Assembly: GCA_963662545.2 (NCBI GenBank) | Contig: CAXXLL010000002.1 | Span: 2,112,001 to 2,176,000 of the forward strand | From: Gammaproteobacteria bacterium | GTDB taxonomy: Bacteria > Pseudomonadota > Gammaproteobacteria > Ga0077536 | Direction: 5' to 3' | DNA: 64,000 nt | In this document: in pieces, positions 27,415 to 38,169 of the stretch | Layout: every line of letters starts with the position of its first letter | How positions within the stretch are numbered: the stretch's first letter is position 1 | Program-made: the position numbers and the translations under genes | Notes under the pieces: model-generated | Database searches by the model: none | Seen by the model: only the letters and a program-made list of their open reading frames with translations | What the model was told of the DNA's origin: nothing

Positions 27415-27476
27415 GCCCGAGCGGAACCCGCGGGACCTGTCCAAACGCCGGCGCGGCAAAAAATGCCGGGCTCAGA

Positions 27477-28220
27477 TCAATCGCGCCGCGGTGTTTTTAT
27501 AACAACGCCATGCCTTCCGCGGCCCCGCGCACCGAGCAATTCGACGTACGTGCCGGCGGCCGTTTCTGGAGGTGCAAAAGCCGCGGGATCCTGCGCTGGA
27601 AACGCCGTCATTCTCAGGCGCGTTCGAAGGGGGCTGGGGATCACCCCGTGCACGCGCAGTCCCGGGTTTGTTTCATGTTCGTCGGCAAGGATTTCCATCA
27701 GGGATTTGAGGGCGCTTTTCGTCGCAGCATACGCACCCCAGTGCGCGCGACCGCGGTCGCCTTCCTCGGCGAGCGAGAATACGATCGAAGCATCATCAGC
27801 CTCTGCGAGCAATGGCAGGCACGATTGCAGAAGAAGAAACACACTGTGAACATTAACCTGGAAAACGCGCGCCCAGATCATCGGATCGTATGTTTCGAGC
27901 GGCGCGAGTTCGCCGACGACGGCGGCATTGACCACCAGACCGTCGAGACACCCGAATTGTTCCTTGATATGTGCAGTGATGGATAAAAAATCGTCGACCG
28001 ACGCCGCCTCGAGGTTGATTGGCACGATGACAGGTAAGGGATCGCCGCGTGATTCAAGCTCGTCCGTCAGGGCTTCCAGCGCCGCTACGTCGCGCCCACA
28101 CACCAAGGTCGTCGCGCCCGCGGCGGCGCAGGCTACCGCTACAGCACGGCCGAGACCGCGGCTCGCACCGGTGATCATAATCACACGTCCAGCAAGCTCC
28201 GCGCGGTCGATGTCACTCAT
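27477..28220 (-). CDS. yciK: YciK-family short-chain dehydrogenase
   Basis: TGASRGLG, WGAYAATK, RTRLRMTAFPAQDP. Confidence 0.82.
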   Translation of the reverse strand: MSDIDRAELAGRVIMITGASRGLGRAVAVACAAAGATTLVCGRDVAALEALTDELESRGDPLPVIVPINLEAASVDDFLSITAHIKEQFGCLDGLVVNAAVVGELAPLETYDPMIWARVFQVNVHSVFLLLQSCLPLLAEADDASIVFSLAEEGDRGRAHWGAYAATKSALKSLMEILADEHETNPGLRVHGVIPSPLRTRLRMTAFPAQDPAAFAPPETAAGTYVELLGARGRGRHGVVIKTPRRD

Positions 28221-28322
28221 GAGGCGGCGTCGAAGGTGCTCAAGATCCTATGTCGAGACCGCTGGGGCGTTGTACTGCAATAGATCTTCTTCCAGCTAGC
28301 CCGCCTGCGCGCGATAGGCGGG

Positions 28323-29933
28323 CTAGCTGAAGTCTCCGGCGCGCAGGACGGTGTCGCGTAGGTAGTTCGCGTCGTCGCTTTCGGGATGGTCCAAGGTATA
28401 GTGCAATCCGCGGCTTTCGCGCCTCTTGAGAGCGCAGCGAATGATCAGCTCGGCGACCTGCACGAGGTTGCGTAACTCGATGAGGTCGCCGGTGACGCGG
28501 AAATTGCCGTAATACTCGCTGATTTCCGAGTGCAGAAGATCCACCCGACGCCGGGCTCGCTGCAGTCGCTTGCCCGTGCGCACGATGCCGACGTAATCCC
28601 ACATGAGCCTGCGGAGTTCATCCCAGTTATGAGCGACGACGACCTCTTCGTCGGCGTCGGTTACCTGGCTTTCATCCCAGGCGGGGATCTGATCAATGAG
28701 TTCGTGCTCGCCGATGCTCGAAATGATCGCCTTCGCGGCCGACTCGGCGATGACCAGGCACTCGAGCAGGGAGTTGCTGGCCATACGATTGGCACCGTGA
28801 AGGCCCGTACACGCGACCTCGCCGATCGCGTAGAGCCCAGGCAGCGAGGTTCGGCCCTTGAGGTCCGTGACCACGCCACCGCACAGGTAGTGCGCGGCCG
28901 GTACCACAGGAATTGGTTCACGCGTGATGTCAATGCCGTAGCCGTTACACTGTTCGTACACGTTGGGAAAGTATTCGATGATGAAATCACGGGGCTTATG
29001 CGAGATGTCCAGATACACGTTGTCCAGGCCCAGGCGCTTCATTTCATGGTCGATCGCACGGGCGACAATATCGCGTGGCGCCAGTTCGGCGCGTTCGTCG
29101 AACTTCGGCATGAAGCGCTCGCCGGTGTTGAGGATCAAGCGGCCGCCTTCACCGCGCAGCGCTTCGGTCAATAGAAAGGTTTTCGCCTGCGGGTGATATA
29201 GACAGGTTGGATGGAACTGGACGAACTCCATGTTCGCGATTACGCATCCCGCCCGCCAGGCCATGCCGATGCCGTCGCCGGTAGCGACGTCCGGGTTGCT
29301 CGTATAAAGGTAGACTTTTCCAGCTCCGCCTGAGGCGAGCACCGAGCACCGTGCGGCGATCGTTCGGATCTGTTGACGATCGAGATCGAGCACATAGGCC
29401 CCGGCGCAGCGATCGGGGATGCGGCCAAGTTTGCCCGAGCTGATCAGATCGATCGCCATGTGGCGCTCGAGCAAGGTGATATTCGGGTTTTCCGCGACCC
29501 GCTCGAGGAGCGTCTTCTCGATCACGCGTCCGGTAGCATCAGCAGCATGGACGACACGGCGATGACTATGGCCGCCTTCGCGCATGAGGTGGAATTCCTC
29601 CGCCCCGGAGCGCGACACCCGCGTCGAAAAGGGCACACCCTGAGCAATCAGCCATTCTATGCGCTCCCGACCGTGCCGGACGATGAATTCAACGGTGTCT
29701 TTCCGGCACAGCCCCGCACCGGCGGCGAGCGTGTCTTCGATGTGTAAATCGACGGAATCCGCGTGATCCATGACCGCCGAGATCCCGCCCTGCGCGTAAT
29801 AGGTAGCGCTTTCGCTGGCGCTTCCCTTGCTCAGCACGACCACCCGTAAGCGCTCGGCTAAAGCGAGCGCGAGGCTCAGCCCCGCCGCTCCGCTGCCGAT
29901 GATCAGGGCGTCATAGGCGTCCGATTCACTCAT
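28323..29933 (-). CDS. nadB: L-aspartate oxidase
   Basis: [34 protein letters not shown]; divergent from rpoE. Confidence 0.97.
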   Translation of the reverse strand: MSESDAYDALIIGSGAAGLSLALALAERLRVVVLSKGSASESATYYAQGGISAVMDHADSVDLHIEDTLAAGAGLCRKDTVEFIVRHGRERIEWLIAQGVPFSTRVSRSGAEEFHLMREGGHSHRRVVHAADATGRVIEKTLLERVAENPNITLLERHMAIDLISSGKLGRIPDRCAGAYVLDLDRQQIRTIAARCSVLASGGAGKVYLYTSNPDVATGDGIGMAWRAGCVIANMEFVQFHPTCLYHPQAKTFLLTEALRGEGGRLILNTGERFMPKFDERAELAPRDIVARAIDHEMKRLGLDNVYLDISHKPRDFIIEYFPNVYEQCNGYGIDITREPIPVVPAAHYLCGGVVTDLKGRTSLPGLYAIGEVACTGLHGANRMASNSLLECLVIAESAAKAIISSIGEHELIDQIPAWDESQVTDADEEVVVAHNWDELRRLMWDYVGIVRTGKRLQRARRRVDLLHSEISEYYGNFRVTGDLIELRNLVQVAELIIRCALKRRESRGLHYTLDHPESDDANYLRDTVLRAGDFS

Positions 29934-29983
29934 GTCCGGAGTTGCTATAATCTGCAGAAAGAATCGAACGCCCCGCCGGTCCC

Positions 29984-30009
29984 GAACTTAATCGCCGTCC
30001 TATGGTCTA
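29984..30009 (+). promoter_or_regulatory. sigmaE autoregulatory promoter
   Basis: GAACTT-N16-TCTA upstream of rpoE; an extended -10 TGcTATAAT also occurs at 29943-29951. Confidence 0.8.
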
Positions 30010-30062
30010 CGCCTTTAAGAAATTGCCACGCGCCGTTGCCATGATACAGGGATAGAGCCTCG

Positions 30063-30641
30063 ATGGGCGACAGCAATACTGACAATGAGCTCGTTCAGCG
30101 AGTACAGAAAGGTGACAAATCTGCGTTTGACCTGCTGGTTCTCAAATATCAACATCGCATAGTGAAACTCGTATCCCAGTACGTTCGAGAACCGGCCGAC
30201 GCGCTGGACGTGACACAGGAAGCTTTTTTTAAGGCTTATCGTGCGCTGCCAAAATTCAGAGGCGACAGCGCGTTTTATACCTGGCTCTACCGTATTGCCA
30301 TCAACACCGCGAAGAACCAGCTGGTATACATGTCGCGGCGTCCGCTGGAAGTTGGCCTCGAAAACGACAATGGCGAGCAAATCGAACTGCAGGAAATGCA
30401 AAAAACGATGGAGACGCCGGAACGTCTTCTGCTGACAAACGAGATCAGGGAAACGATCATCGACTCGATCGATAAGCTGCCCGATGATCTTAGGACGGCG
30501 ATTACGCTGCGCGAAGTCGAGGGCATGAGCTACGTGGAGATCGCCGCGGCGATGGACTGTCCCATCGGGACGGTCCGCTCACGAATATTCAGGGCGCGCG
30601 AAGCGATAGAGCTGCGCCTCAAACCACTGCTTGAGCATTGA
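30063..30641 (+). CDS. rpoE: ECF sigma factor RpoE/AlgU
   Basis: AFDLLVLKYQH, SAFYTWLYRIAINTAKN, CPIGTVRSRIFRARE. Confidence 0.97.
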   Translation: MGDSNTDNELVQRVQKGDKSAFDLLVLKYQHRIVKLVSQYVREPADALDVTQEAFFKAYRALPKFRGDSAFYTWLYRIAINTAKNQLVYMSRRPLEVGLENDNGEQIELQEMQKTMETPERLLLTNEIRETIIDSIDKLPDDLRTAITLREVEGMSYVEIAAAMDCPIGTVRSRIFRAREAIELRLKPLLEH

Positions 30642-30648
30642 ATTAGGT

Positions 30649-31194
30649 ATGACCATCGTGAATCAGGAAAAAATCTCGATATTAGTGGACGGCGAGTTTG
30701 CGGACGACGAAATCGGCGAGGTCATCGACACGCTGATGCGCGACTCCGAACTCCAGCGTGCCTGGAGCCGTTACCATTTGATAGGAGAAGCACTACGCGC
30801 CGACAGCTTACCGGGCAGGGCGCCGGCAGCGTCCCCCATCGATCAAGGCCGCGACAGCGTCGTGTCACTTGCGGACCGGCGCCGCTCTTATACTCCCCTC
30901 GTCGGACTCGCAATCGCGGCCTCTGTTGCCGCTCTGGCGGTCACACTGGCCTTGAGGCCGTATCAGCAACCGACCGAGCCCGGATTCCAGGTTGCCACAT
31001 CGGTGACGACACAGTCCCTGGCCCCTGAACCGATTGACTCGATACGTTCGCAAAGCGGACAGGCCGTCGTAGCCGTCGGTGCGTTCGACCAGCGTCTAAA
31101 TGGATATCTCGTCAACTTCAACGAGCAACGGGCACGACTCGGTGTTCCAGCCGTTCACCCCTATGTTCGTATCGTCGGATTCGAAGCCGAATAG
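30649..31194 (+). CDS. rseA: anti-sigmaE factor RseA/MucA
   Basis: EKISILVDGE, WSRYHLIGEALR, TM segment AIAASVA. Confidence 0.9.
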   Translation: MTIVNQEKISILVDGEFADDEIGEVIDTLMRDSELQRAWSRYHLIGEALRADSLPGRAPAASPIDQGRDSVVSLADRRRSYTPLVGLAIAASVAALAVTLALRPYQQPTEPGFQVATSVTTQSLAPEPIDSIRSQSGQAVVAVGAFDQRLNGYLVNFNEQRARLGVPAVHPYVRIVGFEAE

Positions 31195-32173
31195 CGCGGC
31201 AATTATTGCGGCGGGCGCGCTGATCGCCTTGCTGGCCTTTGCCGCGCCGTCGCCGTCGGCCGCCGATGACCCAGCACGCATCCTGCTGCAATCCATGCAT
31301 GACGCAACCCGGCAGCTCAATTACGAAGGCGTATTCATTTATCAGCGCGGGGCCCAGATCGATAGCATGCGTCTCGTACACAAGTATGACGACGGTGGCG
31401 AAAAGGAACGCTTGATATCTCTCTCCGGGCCGGCACGCGAAGTCATACGCGACGGCACGCTCGTCACCTGCTTGTTTGCCGACGACCAGCAGGCGATGGT
31501 CGAAAAGAACCCGCCACGGGATCTCATCGGTATCGGATTTTCAGCGCCCGTGGAGAGCCTGGTCGCGAGCTATCGCTTCAGCATTGACGGCGAAGATCGA
31601 ATTGCAGGACGCAAGACGACGGTCGTGGGCATAAGCCCGTCCGCGGGCGACCGTTACGGCTACCGCCTGTGGATCGACCACGACACCAAGTTGCTGTTGA
31701 AATCGGTCATTCTCGGACGCGGCGGGCGTACACTGGAACAAGTCCAGTTCACGCAGATCAGCATCCTCGACGAGATATCCGCGGAGCGGCTGCGCCCGGA
31801 GATCGGTGGCGACGGATTCACCTGGCGAACGGACACCGAAAGTGCTGCGATCGGTGCGGCTGCAAACGGCGATTCATCCTGGCAGGTACGCTGGCTGCCC
31901 TCGGGATTCGAGTTGAAGGAAAGCAAGATACAAAGCATGGCGACGAGTTACATGCCGGTGAGTCATCTGGTTTATTCGGACGGCCTCGCTATGGTTTCCG
32001 TGTTCGTCGAAAAACTTATGGAAGGCGAACAGGCGCTGCAGGGGTATTCTTCTCGCGGGGCGGTCAATGCTTTCAGCCGCGTCGTTGACGATCACCAGAT
32101 TACCGTGGTCGGCGAAGTTCCCCTGCCTACGGTCCGACAGATTGCGGCGTCGGTCGCTAAAGTCGACAATTGA
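31163..32173 (+). CDS. rseB: RseB/MucB periplasmic regulator
   Basis: LNYEGVFIY, DRYGYRLWID, WLPSGF, YSDGLAMVSVFVE; start uncertain. Confidence 0.9.
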   Translation: MFVSSDSKPNSAAIIAAGALIALLAFAAPSPSAADDPARILLQSMHDATRQLNYEGVFIYQRGAQIDSMRLVHKYDDGGEKERLISLSGPAREVIRDGTLVTCLFADDQQAMVEKNPPRDLIGIGFSAPVESLVASYRFSIDGEDRIAGRKTTVVGISPSAGDRYGYRLWIDHDTKLLLKSVILGRGGRTLEQVQFTQISILDEISAERLRPEIGGDGFTWRTDTESAAIGAAANGDSSWQVRWLPSGFELKESKIQSMATSYMPVSHLVYSDGLAMVSVFVEKLMEGEQALQGYSSRGAVNAFSRVVDDHQITVVGEVPLPTVRQIAASVAKVDN

Positions 32174-32180
32174 CGGAGAT

Positions 32181-33641
32181 ATGATGAAACATTGTAAAGA
32201 TCTCGCGATTCTATTGGTGTTGGTCATCTGGGGTGCGACGGCGGGCGCGATTACCAATGGCGGGCAACTGCCCGATTTCACCGATCTCGCGAGGCAAAAC
32301 AGCCCCGCCGTGGTCAATATAAGCACCACGATCAACGTGCCCAAGCTCGGCGCCCGCGGGGATCGCCTGCCGCCCGGTCTGGCCCCGCACATTCCCGACG
32401 AAGGCCCGCTGTCAGATTTCTTCAACCGCTTCTTCGGCGATGAAGGTCCCGGTCGTGGCCCCAGCCGCCGCGATCCGCGCTCGTCGCTGGGGTCCGGTTT
32501 CATCATCTCCAAGGACGGCTATATCATCACCAACTACCACGTTGTACGCGAAGCGGACGAGGTCATCGTGCGTATGTCCGATCGCAGCGAGCACGCGGCG
32601 CGCATTATCGGCTCCGATCCACGCAGCGATATCGCAGTATTGAAGATAGACGCGGAGAATGAATTACCGAGCGTAACACTCAGCAACTCCGACGACCTCA
32701 AGGTCGGTGAATGGGTGTTGGCGATAGGATCACCGTTCGGATTCGATTATTCGGTCACCGCGGGCATCGTCAGCGCCAAGGGACGCAGTCTCCCGAACGA
32801 GAATTACGTGCCGTTCATCCAAACGGACGTTGCGATAAATCCGGGCAATTCGGGCGGTCCGCTGTTCAATCTCGATGGCGAAGTCGTCGGCGTCAATTCA
32901 CAGATCTACAGTAGAACCGGTGGGTTCATGGGCGTGTCGTTCGCTATTCCGATCCACGTCGTTCTCAATGTCTATGAGCAAATTCGGGAGAAGGGCAGCG
33001 TCACTCGCGGATGGCTCGGCGTTTTGATCCAGGACGTCACACAGGAACTGGCGGAATCCTTCGGCATGGAGAAGCCCCAGGGCGCCCTGGTGTCGAAGGT
33101 CCTAGAGGACAGCCCGGCGCAGAAAGCAGGCCTCGAGACCGGCGATGTGATCGTCAGCTTCAACAAACACCAGATCGAGCGCTCGTCGGATCTGCCCCCT
33201 ATGGTCGGTACGATCAACGTCGGGGACAAAATTCCGCTCGGCGTCATACGCAGCGGCAAAAAGCGCCAACTGACCGTGGAAATCGGAGCGCTGCCCGAAG
33301 ACGATCCGGTGATCGCGCAGGGTGGTCCGTCGCGCCGGGAATCGAAGGTCGATGAGAAGCTCAAGATTAGCGTGTCCGATTTGACCAAAAGCCAGCGCGA
33401 GCAATATCAGGTCGATGAAGGCGGCGTGCTGGTCGACGATATCGACAAAGGTCCGGCTTACGAAGCGGGCTTGCGCGTCGGCGACGTCATTCTTCAGATC
33501 AATAACGAGAAAGTCACAGGACAGAAGAATTTCGGGGAACTTGCCGAAGCGCTCGGCGCGGGTAAAACGGTCCCGATGCTGATTCAGCGTCAGGGCGGTC
33601 CTTTGTTTCTGGCAATGAAGGTTCCTGCCAAGGATGGATGA
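32181..33641 (+). CDS. mucD: DegP/MucD-family periplasmic serine protease with 2 PDZ domains
   Basis: GSGFIIS, TNYHV, INPGNSGGPL; position in the rpoE operon. Confidence 0.92.
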   Translation: MMKHCKDLAILLVLVIWGATAGAITNGGQLPDFTDLARQNSPAVVNISTTINVPKLGARGDRLPPGLAPHIPDEGPLSDFFNRFFGDEGPGRGPSRRDPRSSLGSGFIISKDGYIITNYHVVREADEVIVRMSDRSEHAARIIGSDPRSDIAVLKIDAENELPSVTLSNSDDLKVGEWVLAIGSPFGFDYSVTAGIVSAKGRSLPNENYVPFIQTDVAINPGNSGGPLFNLDGEVVGVNSQIYSRTGGFMGVSFAIPIHVVLNVYEQIREKGSVTRGWLGVLIQDVTQELAESFGMEKPQGALVSKVLEDSPAQKAGLETGDVIVSFNKHQIERSSDLPPMVGTINVGDKIPLGVIRSGKKRQLTVEIGALPEDDPVIAQGGPSRRESKVDEKLKISVSDLTKSQREQYQVDEGGVLVDDIDKGPAYEAGLRVGDVILQINNEKVTGQKNFGELAEALGAGKTVPMLIQRQGGPLFLAMKVPAKDG

Positions 33642-33909
33642 CGACGCTTCCGCACCGACCCACAATGCGATAGTGTTCACGCTTCTGACCCGGCGCGAAT
33701 GTCCGCTGTGTGACGAATTTCGCGCAGAACTCGAACGCTGGGACGATGGGCGCAACTGCTATGTCTTGAACGTCGTCGATATCGACACCGATCCCGATCT
33801 CAGGGCGCGCTTTGGTCTGCGCGTACCCGTCTTGTTGCATGGTGAAGCCGAGCTTTGCGCGGGCCGATTCAACCCCGTACCGCTGAGCGCCTTGTTACCC
33901 ACGAAGTGA
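33634..33909 (+). CDS. glutaredoxin-like protein (DUF836)
   Basis: CPLC motif, VDIDTDPDL..RFGLRVPVL. Confidence 0.8.
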   Translation: MDDDASAPTHNAIVFTLLTRRECPLCDEFRAELERWDDGRNCYVLNVVDIDTDPDLRARFGLRVPVLLHGEAELCAGRFNPVPLSALLPTK

Positions 33910-33920
33910 CAACACACTAG

Positions 33921-34193
33921 CAGCCTGTCGGACTTAGGGAATCGTAGCGAGGCGGTTGGGAGAGCGGTCTGAGAGGTGTCATGGTTTGAGGCGAATAGTG
34001 GGGCTATTTAACGAAAAATTCGTCAGGAACGAATTTTCGCGTAGCCCCGTAGGGGTGAAGCGCAGGGACGCGCTGAACAAAACCATGGCGCCTCTCAGAC
34101 CGCTATCCCAACGCCGCACGACTGCATGGATGCAGGAGGTAGAGCAATGCAGGAGCAATTGCCGAGTAGATTTTTCCTAAGTCCGACAGGCTG
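33921..34193. mobile_element. 273-bp MITE family B, copy 2, carrying two inserts
   Basis: Perfect TIRs CAGCCTGTCGGACTTAGG / CCTAAGTCCGACAGGCTG; CTAG duplication. Confidence 0.9.
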
Positions 34194-34230
34194 CTAGGCC
34201 TTAGTAGGCTAGAATCTCGCTTTTTACGCG

Positions 34231-34245
34231 CCCCCCCCCCCCCCC
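34231..34245. repeat. C15 homopolymer upstream of lepA
   Basis: 15 consecutive C between a TAGAAT -10-like hexamer (34210-34215) and the lepA ATG. Confidence 0.85.
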
Positions 34246-34272
34246 GCGGCGCCCGTCCTGAAATTCACTCTT

Positions 34273-36084
34273 ATGCAGCAGCTGCCGGCCGAAAATATAC
34301 GAAACTTTTCGATCATTGCGCATATCGATCATGGAAAGTCGACTTTAGCCGATCGATTCATCCAGATCTGCGGCGGGCTAGCCGATCGAGAAATGGAAGC
34401 GCAGGTGCTCGATTCGATGGACATCGAGCGTGAACGCGGAATTACCATCAAAGCGCAAAGTGTTTCGCTCGAGTATGTGTCCGATAGCGGGGAGGCCTAC
34501 TTACTGAATTTTATCGACACCCCGGGGCACGTCGATTTCAGTTACGAAGTCTCTCGTTCGCTGGCTGCCTGTGAGGGGGCCTTATTGGTGATCGACGCGG
34601 CCCAGGGCGTGGAGGCGCAGTCGGTCGCGAATTGCAATACCGCGGTCGACCACGGCCTCGAAGTAATACCGGTATTGAACAAGATCGATCTGCCCGCCGC
34701 GGAGCCGGATCGCGTGATCGGGGAAATCGAGGACATCATCGGAATCGACGCTCACGACGCAATTCGCGTGAGCGCCAAGACCGGTGCAGGCGTTCGACAA
34801 CTCCTGGAGCAACTCATAATGCGTGTTCCTCCGCCAACCGGTTCTCGCGATGCGCCGCTCAAGGCCTTGATCATCGATTCGTGGTTCGACAATTACCTGG
34901 GCGTTGTTTCGCTGGTGCGGATTATCGACGGCGAAATCCGTACCCGTAATCGGATTCGGATGATGTCAACGGGCCGCGACTGGGGCGTTGACGAAATTGG
35001 AATCTTCACACCCAAGCGGGTCAAAAAAAGCTTGATACGAAGCGGTGAGGTCTGTTATCTCGTGGCTGGCATCAAGGACATCGACGGTGCACCAGTCGGT
35101 GATACGATAACCGATGCCGCAATGCCCGCACTCAAGCCGCTGCCGGGATTCAAACAGTCCAAGCCAAATGTCTTCGCCGGTCTTTACCCGGTTGACTCCG
35201 GCGACTACGGAGCTTTTCGTGAGGCCCTCGCCAAGCTACGTCTGAACGACGCCGCCCTACATTACGAGCCGGAAACCAGTGAAGCACTCGGCTTCGGGTT
35301 TCGCTGCGGCTTTCTCGGCATGCTGCATATGGAAATCATTCAGGAACGCATTGAACGGGAATACGGCCTGAATCTTATTACCACAGCGCCGAGCGTGGTC
35401 TATGAAGTCGTCCTGAACGATGGGGAGATTCTGCATATCGATAATCCCGCCCGTCTCCCGGAGCCGTCCCTGATCAAAGTGATCAGAGAACCTGTGCTGC
35501 AGATCGATATCCTCGTTCCGCAACAACATCTCGGAAACGTCATCAATCTCTGCGTCGACAAGCGGGGGGCGCAAACCCGGCTCGATTTTCTCGGCGGCCA
35601 GGTCGCCGTGAGCTACCATCTACCGATGGCCGAGATGGTCACGGATTTATTCGACCGTTTAAAATCCGTAACGCGTGGCTACGCGTCAATGGACTACAAT
35701 TTCGCACATTATCAGGACGCGGACATGATCAAGGTCGACCTGATGATAAATGGCGAAAAGGTGGACGCACTTTCGAGCATCATTCACCGCGAGCAGGCGC
35801 AGCGACGCGGCCGCGAACTGGCCCGAACGATGAAAGAATTAATTCCTCGCCAGATGTTCGATATCGCGATTCAGGCCTCCCAAGGCTCGAAGATCATCGC
35901 GCGCGAGACGGTCAAGGCTTTGCGCAAGAACGTGACAGCGAAATGTTACGGTGGGGATGTGACACGCAAGCGTAAACTGCTAGAAAAGCAGAAGGCGGGC
36001 AAAAAACGCATGAAACAATTCGGATCCGTCGAAATTCCACAGGAAGCGTTCATGGCCGTCCTCAAGCTTGGTAAGACACCGTGA
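34273..36084 (+). CDS. lepA: elongation factor 4
   Basis: [42 protein letters not shown]. Confidence 0.98.
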   Translation: MQQLPAENIRNFSIIAHIDHGKSTLADRFIQICGGLADREMEAQVLDSMDIERERGITIKAQSVSLEYVSDSGEAYLLNFIDTPGHVDFSYEVSRSLAACEGALLVIDAAQGVEAQSVANCNTAVDHGLEVIPVLNKIDLPAAEPDRVIGEIEDIIGIDAHDAIRVSAKTGAGVRQLLEQLIMRVPPPTGSRDAPLKALIIDSWFDNYLGVVSLVRIIDGEIRTRNRIRMMSTGRDWGVDEIGIFTPKRVKKSLIRSGEVCYLVAGIKDIDGAPVGDTITDAAMPALKPLPGFKQSKPNVFAGLYPVDSGDYGAFREALAKLRLNDAALHYEPETSEALGFGFRCGFLGMLHMEIIQERIEREYGLNLITTAPSVVYEVVLNDGEILHIDNPARLPEPSLIKVIREPVLQIDILVPQQHLGNVINLCVDKRGAQTRLDFLGGQVAVSYHLPMAEMVTDLFDRLKSVTRGYASMDYNFAHYQDADMIKVDLMINGEKVDALSSIIHREQAQRRGRELARTMKELIPRQMFDIAIQASQGSKIIARETVKALRKNVTAKCYGGDVTRKRKLLEKQKAGKKRMKQFGSVEIPQEAFMAVLKLGKTP

Positions 36085-36890
36085 TTTGGGACTTCGCTGC
36101 CGTGTTGAGCCTGCTGGTTCTGATCAGTGGGTTGATTTGGGTGATAGACACCCTGTTCTTCGCGCGGCGCCGCCGCGGACGCAGGGGCGAACTGCCCGAA
36201 AATCCGACTGAAGAACAATTGGCAGAGCACTACCGCCTGCCAGTGGTCGTCGACTATGCGCGGTCCTTTTTCCCGATATTTCTGATCGTGTTGCTACTGC
36301 GTTCATTCCTGGTCGAACCGTTTCGGATCCCGTCTGGCTCAATGGTTCCAACCCTGCTCGTCGGAGACTTTATCCTGGTCAATAAGTTTGTCTACGGGAT
36401 CCGTATACCGGTCCTCAATGTCAAGCTCATCGAGATGAATACGCCCCAACGCGGCGACGTGGTGGTATTCCGCTTTCCTCTGGATCCCTCGACTCCATTC
36501 ATTAAACGGGTCGTCGGTCTTCCAGGTGACAAGGTCCGTTATCACGAAAAGGCCTTGTTTATCAATGGAAAGGAGATCCCTCATATTCCAGAAGGTACTT
36601 ACGTTGGTGTACGATCGGCGGTGAAACACACCGGATCACGGCTATTCAGGGAAGCGCTCGGAGATACCAAACACCAGATCATCGAGCGGCCCCGCGCGCA
36701 CTCGATGAACGGAGAGTATAAGGTGCCACCCGGGCACTACTTCGTTCTAGGCGATAATAGGGACAATAGCCGCGACTCACGGTTCTGGGGCTACGTCCCT
36801 GACGAAAACCTGGTTGGACGCGCCTTTTACATTTGGATGAATTGGGATAAGGGTCCGATTCTGAAACGCATCGGCACCATTATCCGGTGA
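36081..36890 (+). CDS. lepB: signal peptidase I
   Basis: [33 protein letters not shown]. Confidence 0.97.
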   Translation: MIWDFAAVLSLLVLISGLIWVIDTLFFARRRRGRRGELPENPTEEQLAEHYRLPVVVDYARSFFPIFLIVLLLRSFLVEPFRIPSGSMVPTLLVGDFILVNKFVYGIRIPVLNVKLIEMNTPQRGDVVVFRFPLDPSTPFIKRVVGLPGDKVRYHEKALFINGKEIPHIPEGTYVGVRSAVKHTGSRLFREALGDTKHQIIERPRAHSMNGEYKVPPGHYFVLGDNRDNSRDSRFWGYVPDENLVGRAFYIWMNWDKGPILKRIGTIIR

Positions 36891-36908
36891 CAGAGGAAGG
36901 GGAAAGCG

Positions 36909-37310
36909 ATGAACCTGAAGAGCAATCAGCAAGGAATCAGCCTGAGCGGATTAATCATGGCGTGCGTAGTGCTTGGCATAGGCGCCCTCCTATTCATGAA
37001 ATTGTTTCCCATCTATAACGAAAAGATGAAGGTCGACCAAGCCATGGACAGGCTGGCGAACAATCCGGACGGTGCAAGAATGACCAAGCGCGCGATGGTC
37101 AAGGCGATCATGAGACAGTTTGACGTCAATGACGTCGAGAGCTTTGACACACCGACGCTGAAAAAGAGACTGCAAGTAGGCAGGAAAAAAGGTTCGAAAG
37201 GCAAGTTTATTACGCTTGCCTATGAAATTCGCGGTCCGCTATTTTCCAATCTCGATATCGTGATGAATTACAACAAGGTCATCGAATTCGGGCCCGTGAA
37301 AACGGATTAG
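36909..37310 (+). CDS. DUF4845-family pilin-like protein
   Basis: QQGISL prepilin-like N terminus; conserved position between lepB and rnc. Confidence 0.82.
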   Translation: MNLKSNQQGISLSGLIMACVVLGIGALLFMKLFPIYNEKMKVDQAMDRLANNPDGARMTKRAMVKAIMRQFDVNDVESFDTPTLKKRLQVGRKKGSKGKFITLAYEIRGPLFSNLDIVMNYNKVIEFGPVKTD

Positions 37311-37472
37311 GGAGCCTCTGAATAAGTCATGGTGCGTCTGAATTGTTCATGAAATTGTGCAGATCAAGGCACGAATTGCAGGCAATAGCGGGGACTATTG
37401 GCAAAGTTCGTAACACAGAGCTGCGCGATTTCATGGGCAAGGCAGATGTGCCATGACTTATTCAGAGGTTCC
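37311..37472. mobile_element. 162-bp MITE family A, copy 2
   Basis: Same TIRs; flanks TTAG / TTAA; inverted relative to copy 1. Confidence 0.9.
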
Positions 37473-37488
37473 TTAACGTCGAAGATTC

Positions 37489-38142
37489 TTGCAGATCCCT
37501 TTGGATTACGAATTCAACGACGACAGTTTACGCGTCAGGGCACTGACCCACCGTAGCGCCGGATCGGATAACAACGAACGGCTCGAATTTCTCGGTGACG
37601 CGTTGCTTGGCCTGATTACTGCTCAATATTTGTTCGAACATTTTCCCGCGGCTGACGAAGGCGAACTCACGAGAACACGCGCGTCTCTCGTCAACCGCGA
37701 TACGCTTGCGGAGATCGCGCGCACGCTCGACTTAGGTAACCTCTTGGTACTCGGTGAAGGCGAACAGAAAAGTGGTGGCTGGCGCCGCGATTCGATATTG
37801 GCGAACTCGCTCGAAGCATTGCTCGGAGCAATTTATCTCGACGGTGGAATGGACGTGTGTCGACAGGCAGTGGAAACCTGGTTTGCCGACAAACTCGCGG
37901 ACGTCGATCCCAAGAGCGCGGCCAAAGACGCCAAGACCGCATTGCAGGAACTGCTGCAAAGCCGGCGCCTCGAACTTCCGCGTTACGAGACAACAGATAT
38001 TTTCGGCCCTTCTCACGATCAAACATTCACGGTCGCCTGCCACACCGACGCGTTGCCCGAACCCGTCGTCGCCATCGGAAGAAGCCGCAGAAAGGCTGAA
38101 CAGGCAGCCGCGTGCGCGACGCTGCGCAAACTCGATCACTGA
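37489..38142 (+). CDS. rnc: ribonuclease III
   Basis: ALTHRS, NERLEFLGD, KDAKTALQE dsRBD; TTG start. Confidence 0.96.
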   Translation: MQIPLDYEFNDDSLRVRALTHRSAGSDNNERLEFLGDALLGLITAQYLFEHFPAADEGELTRTRASLVNRDTLAEIARTLDLGNLLVLGEGEQKSGGWRRDSILANSLEALLGAIYLDGGMDVCRQAVETWFADKLADVDPKSAAKDAKTALQELLQSRRLELPRYETTDIFGPSHDQTFTVACHTDALPEPVVAIGRSRRKAEQAAACATLRKLDH

Positions 38143-38169
38143 GATAGGTTCTCGTGGTGGAGCACTAGC

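Noticed and set aside
33956-34180. Small ORFs inside MITEs (also 56127-56378, 48299-48484, 12450-12935)
   Set aside because: They lie within repeat elements and the frames are not conserved between copies
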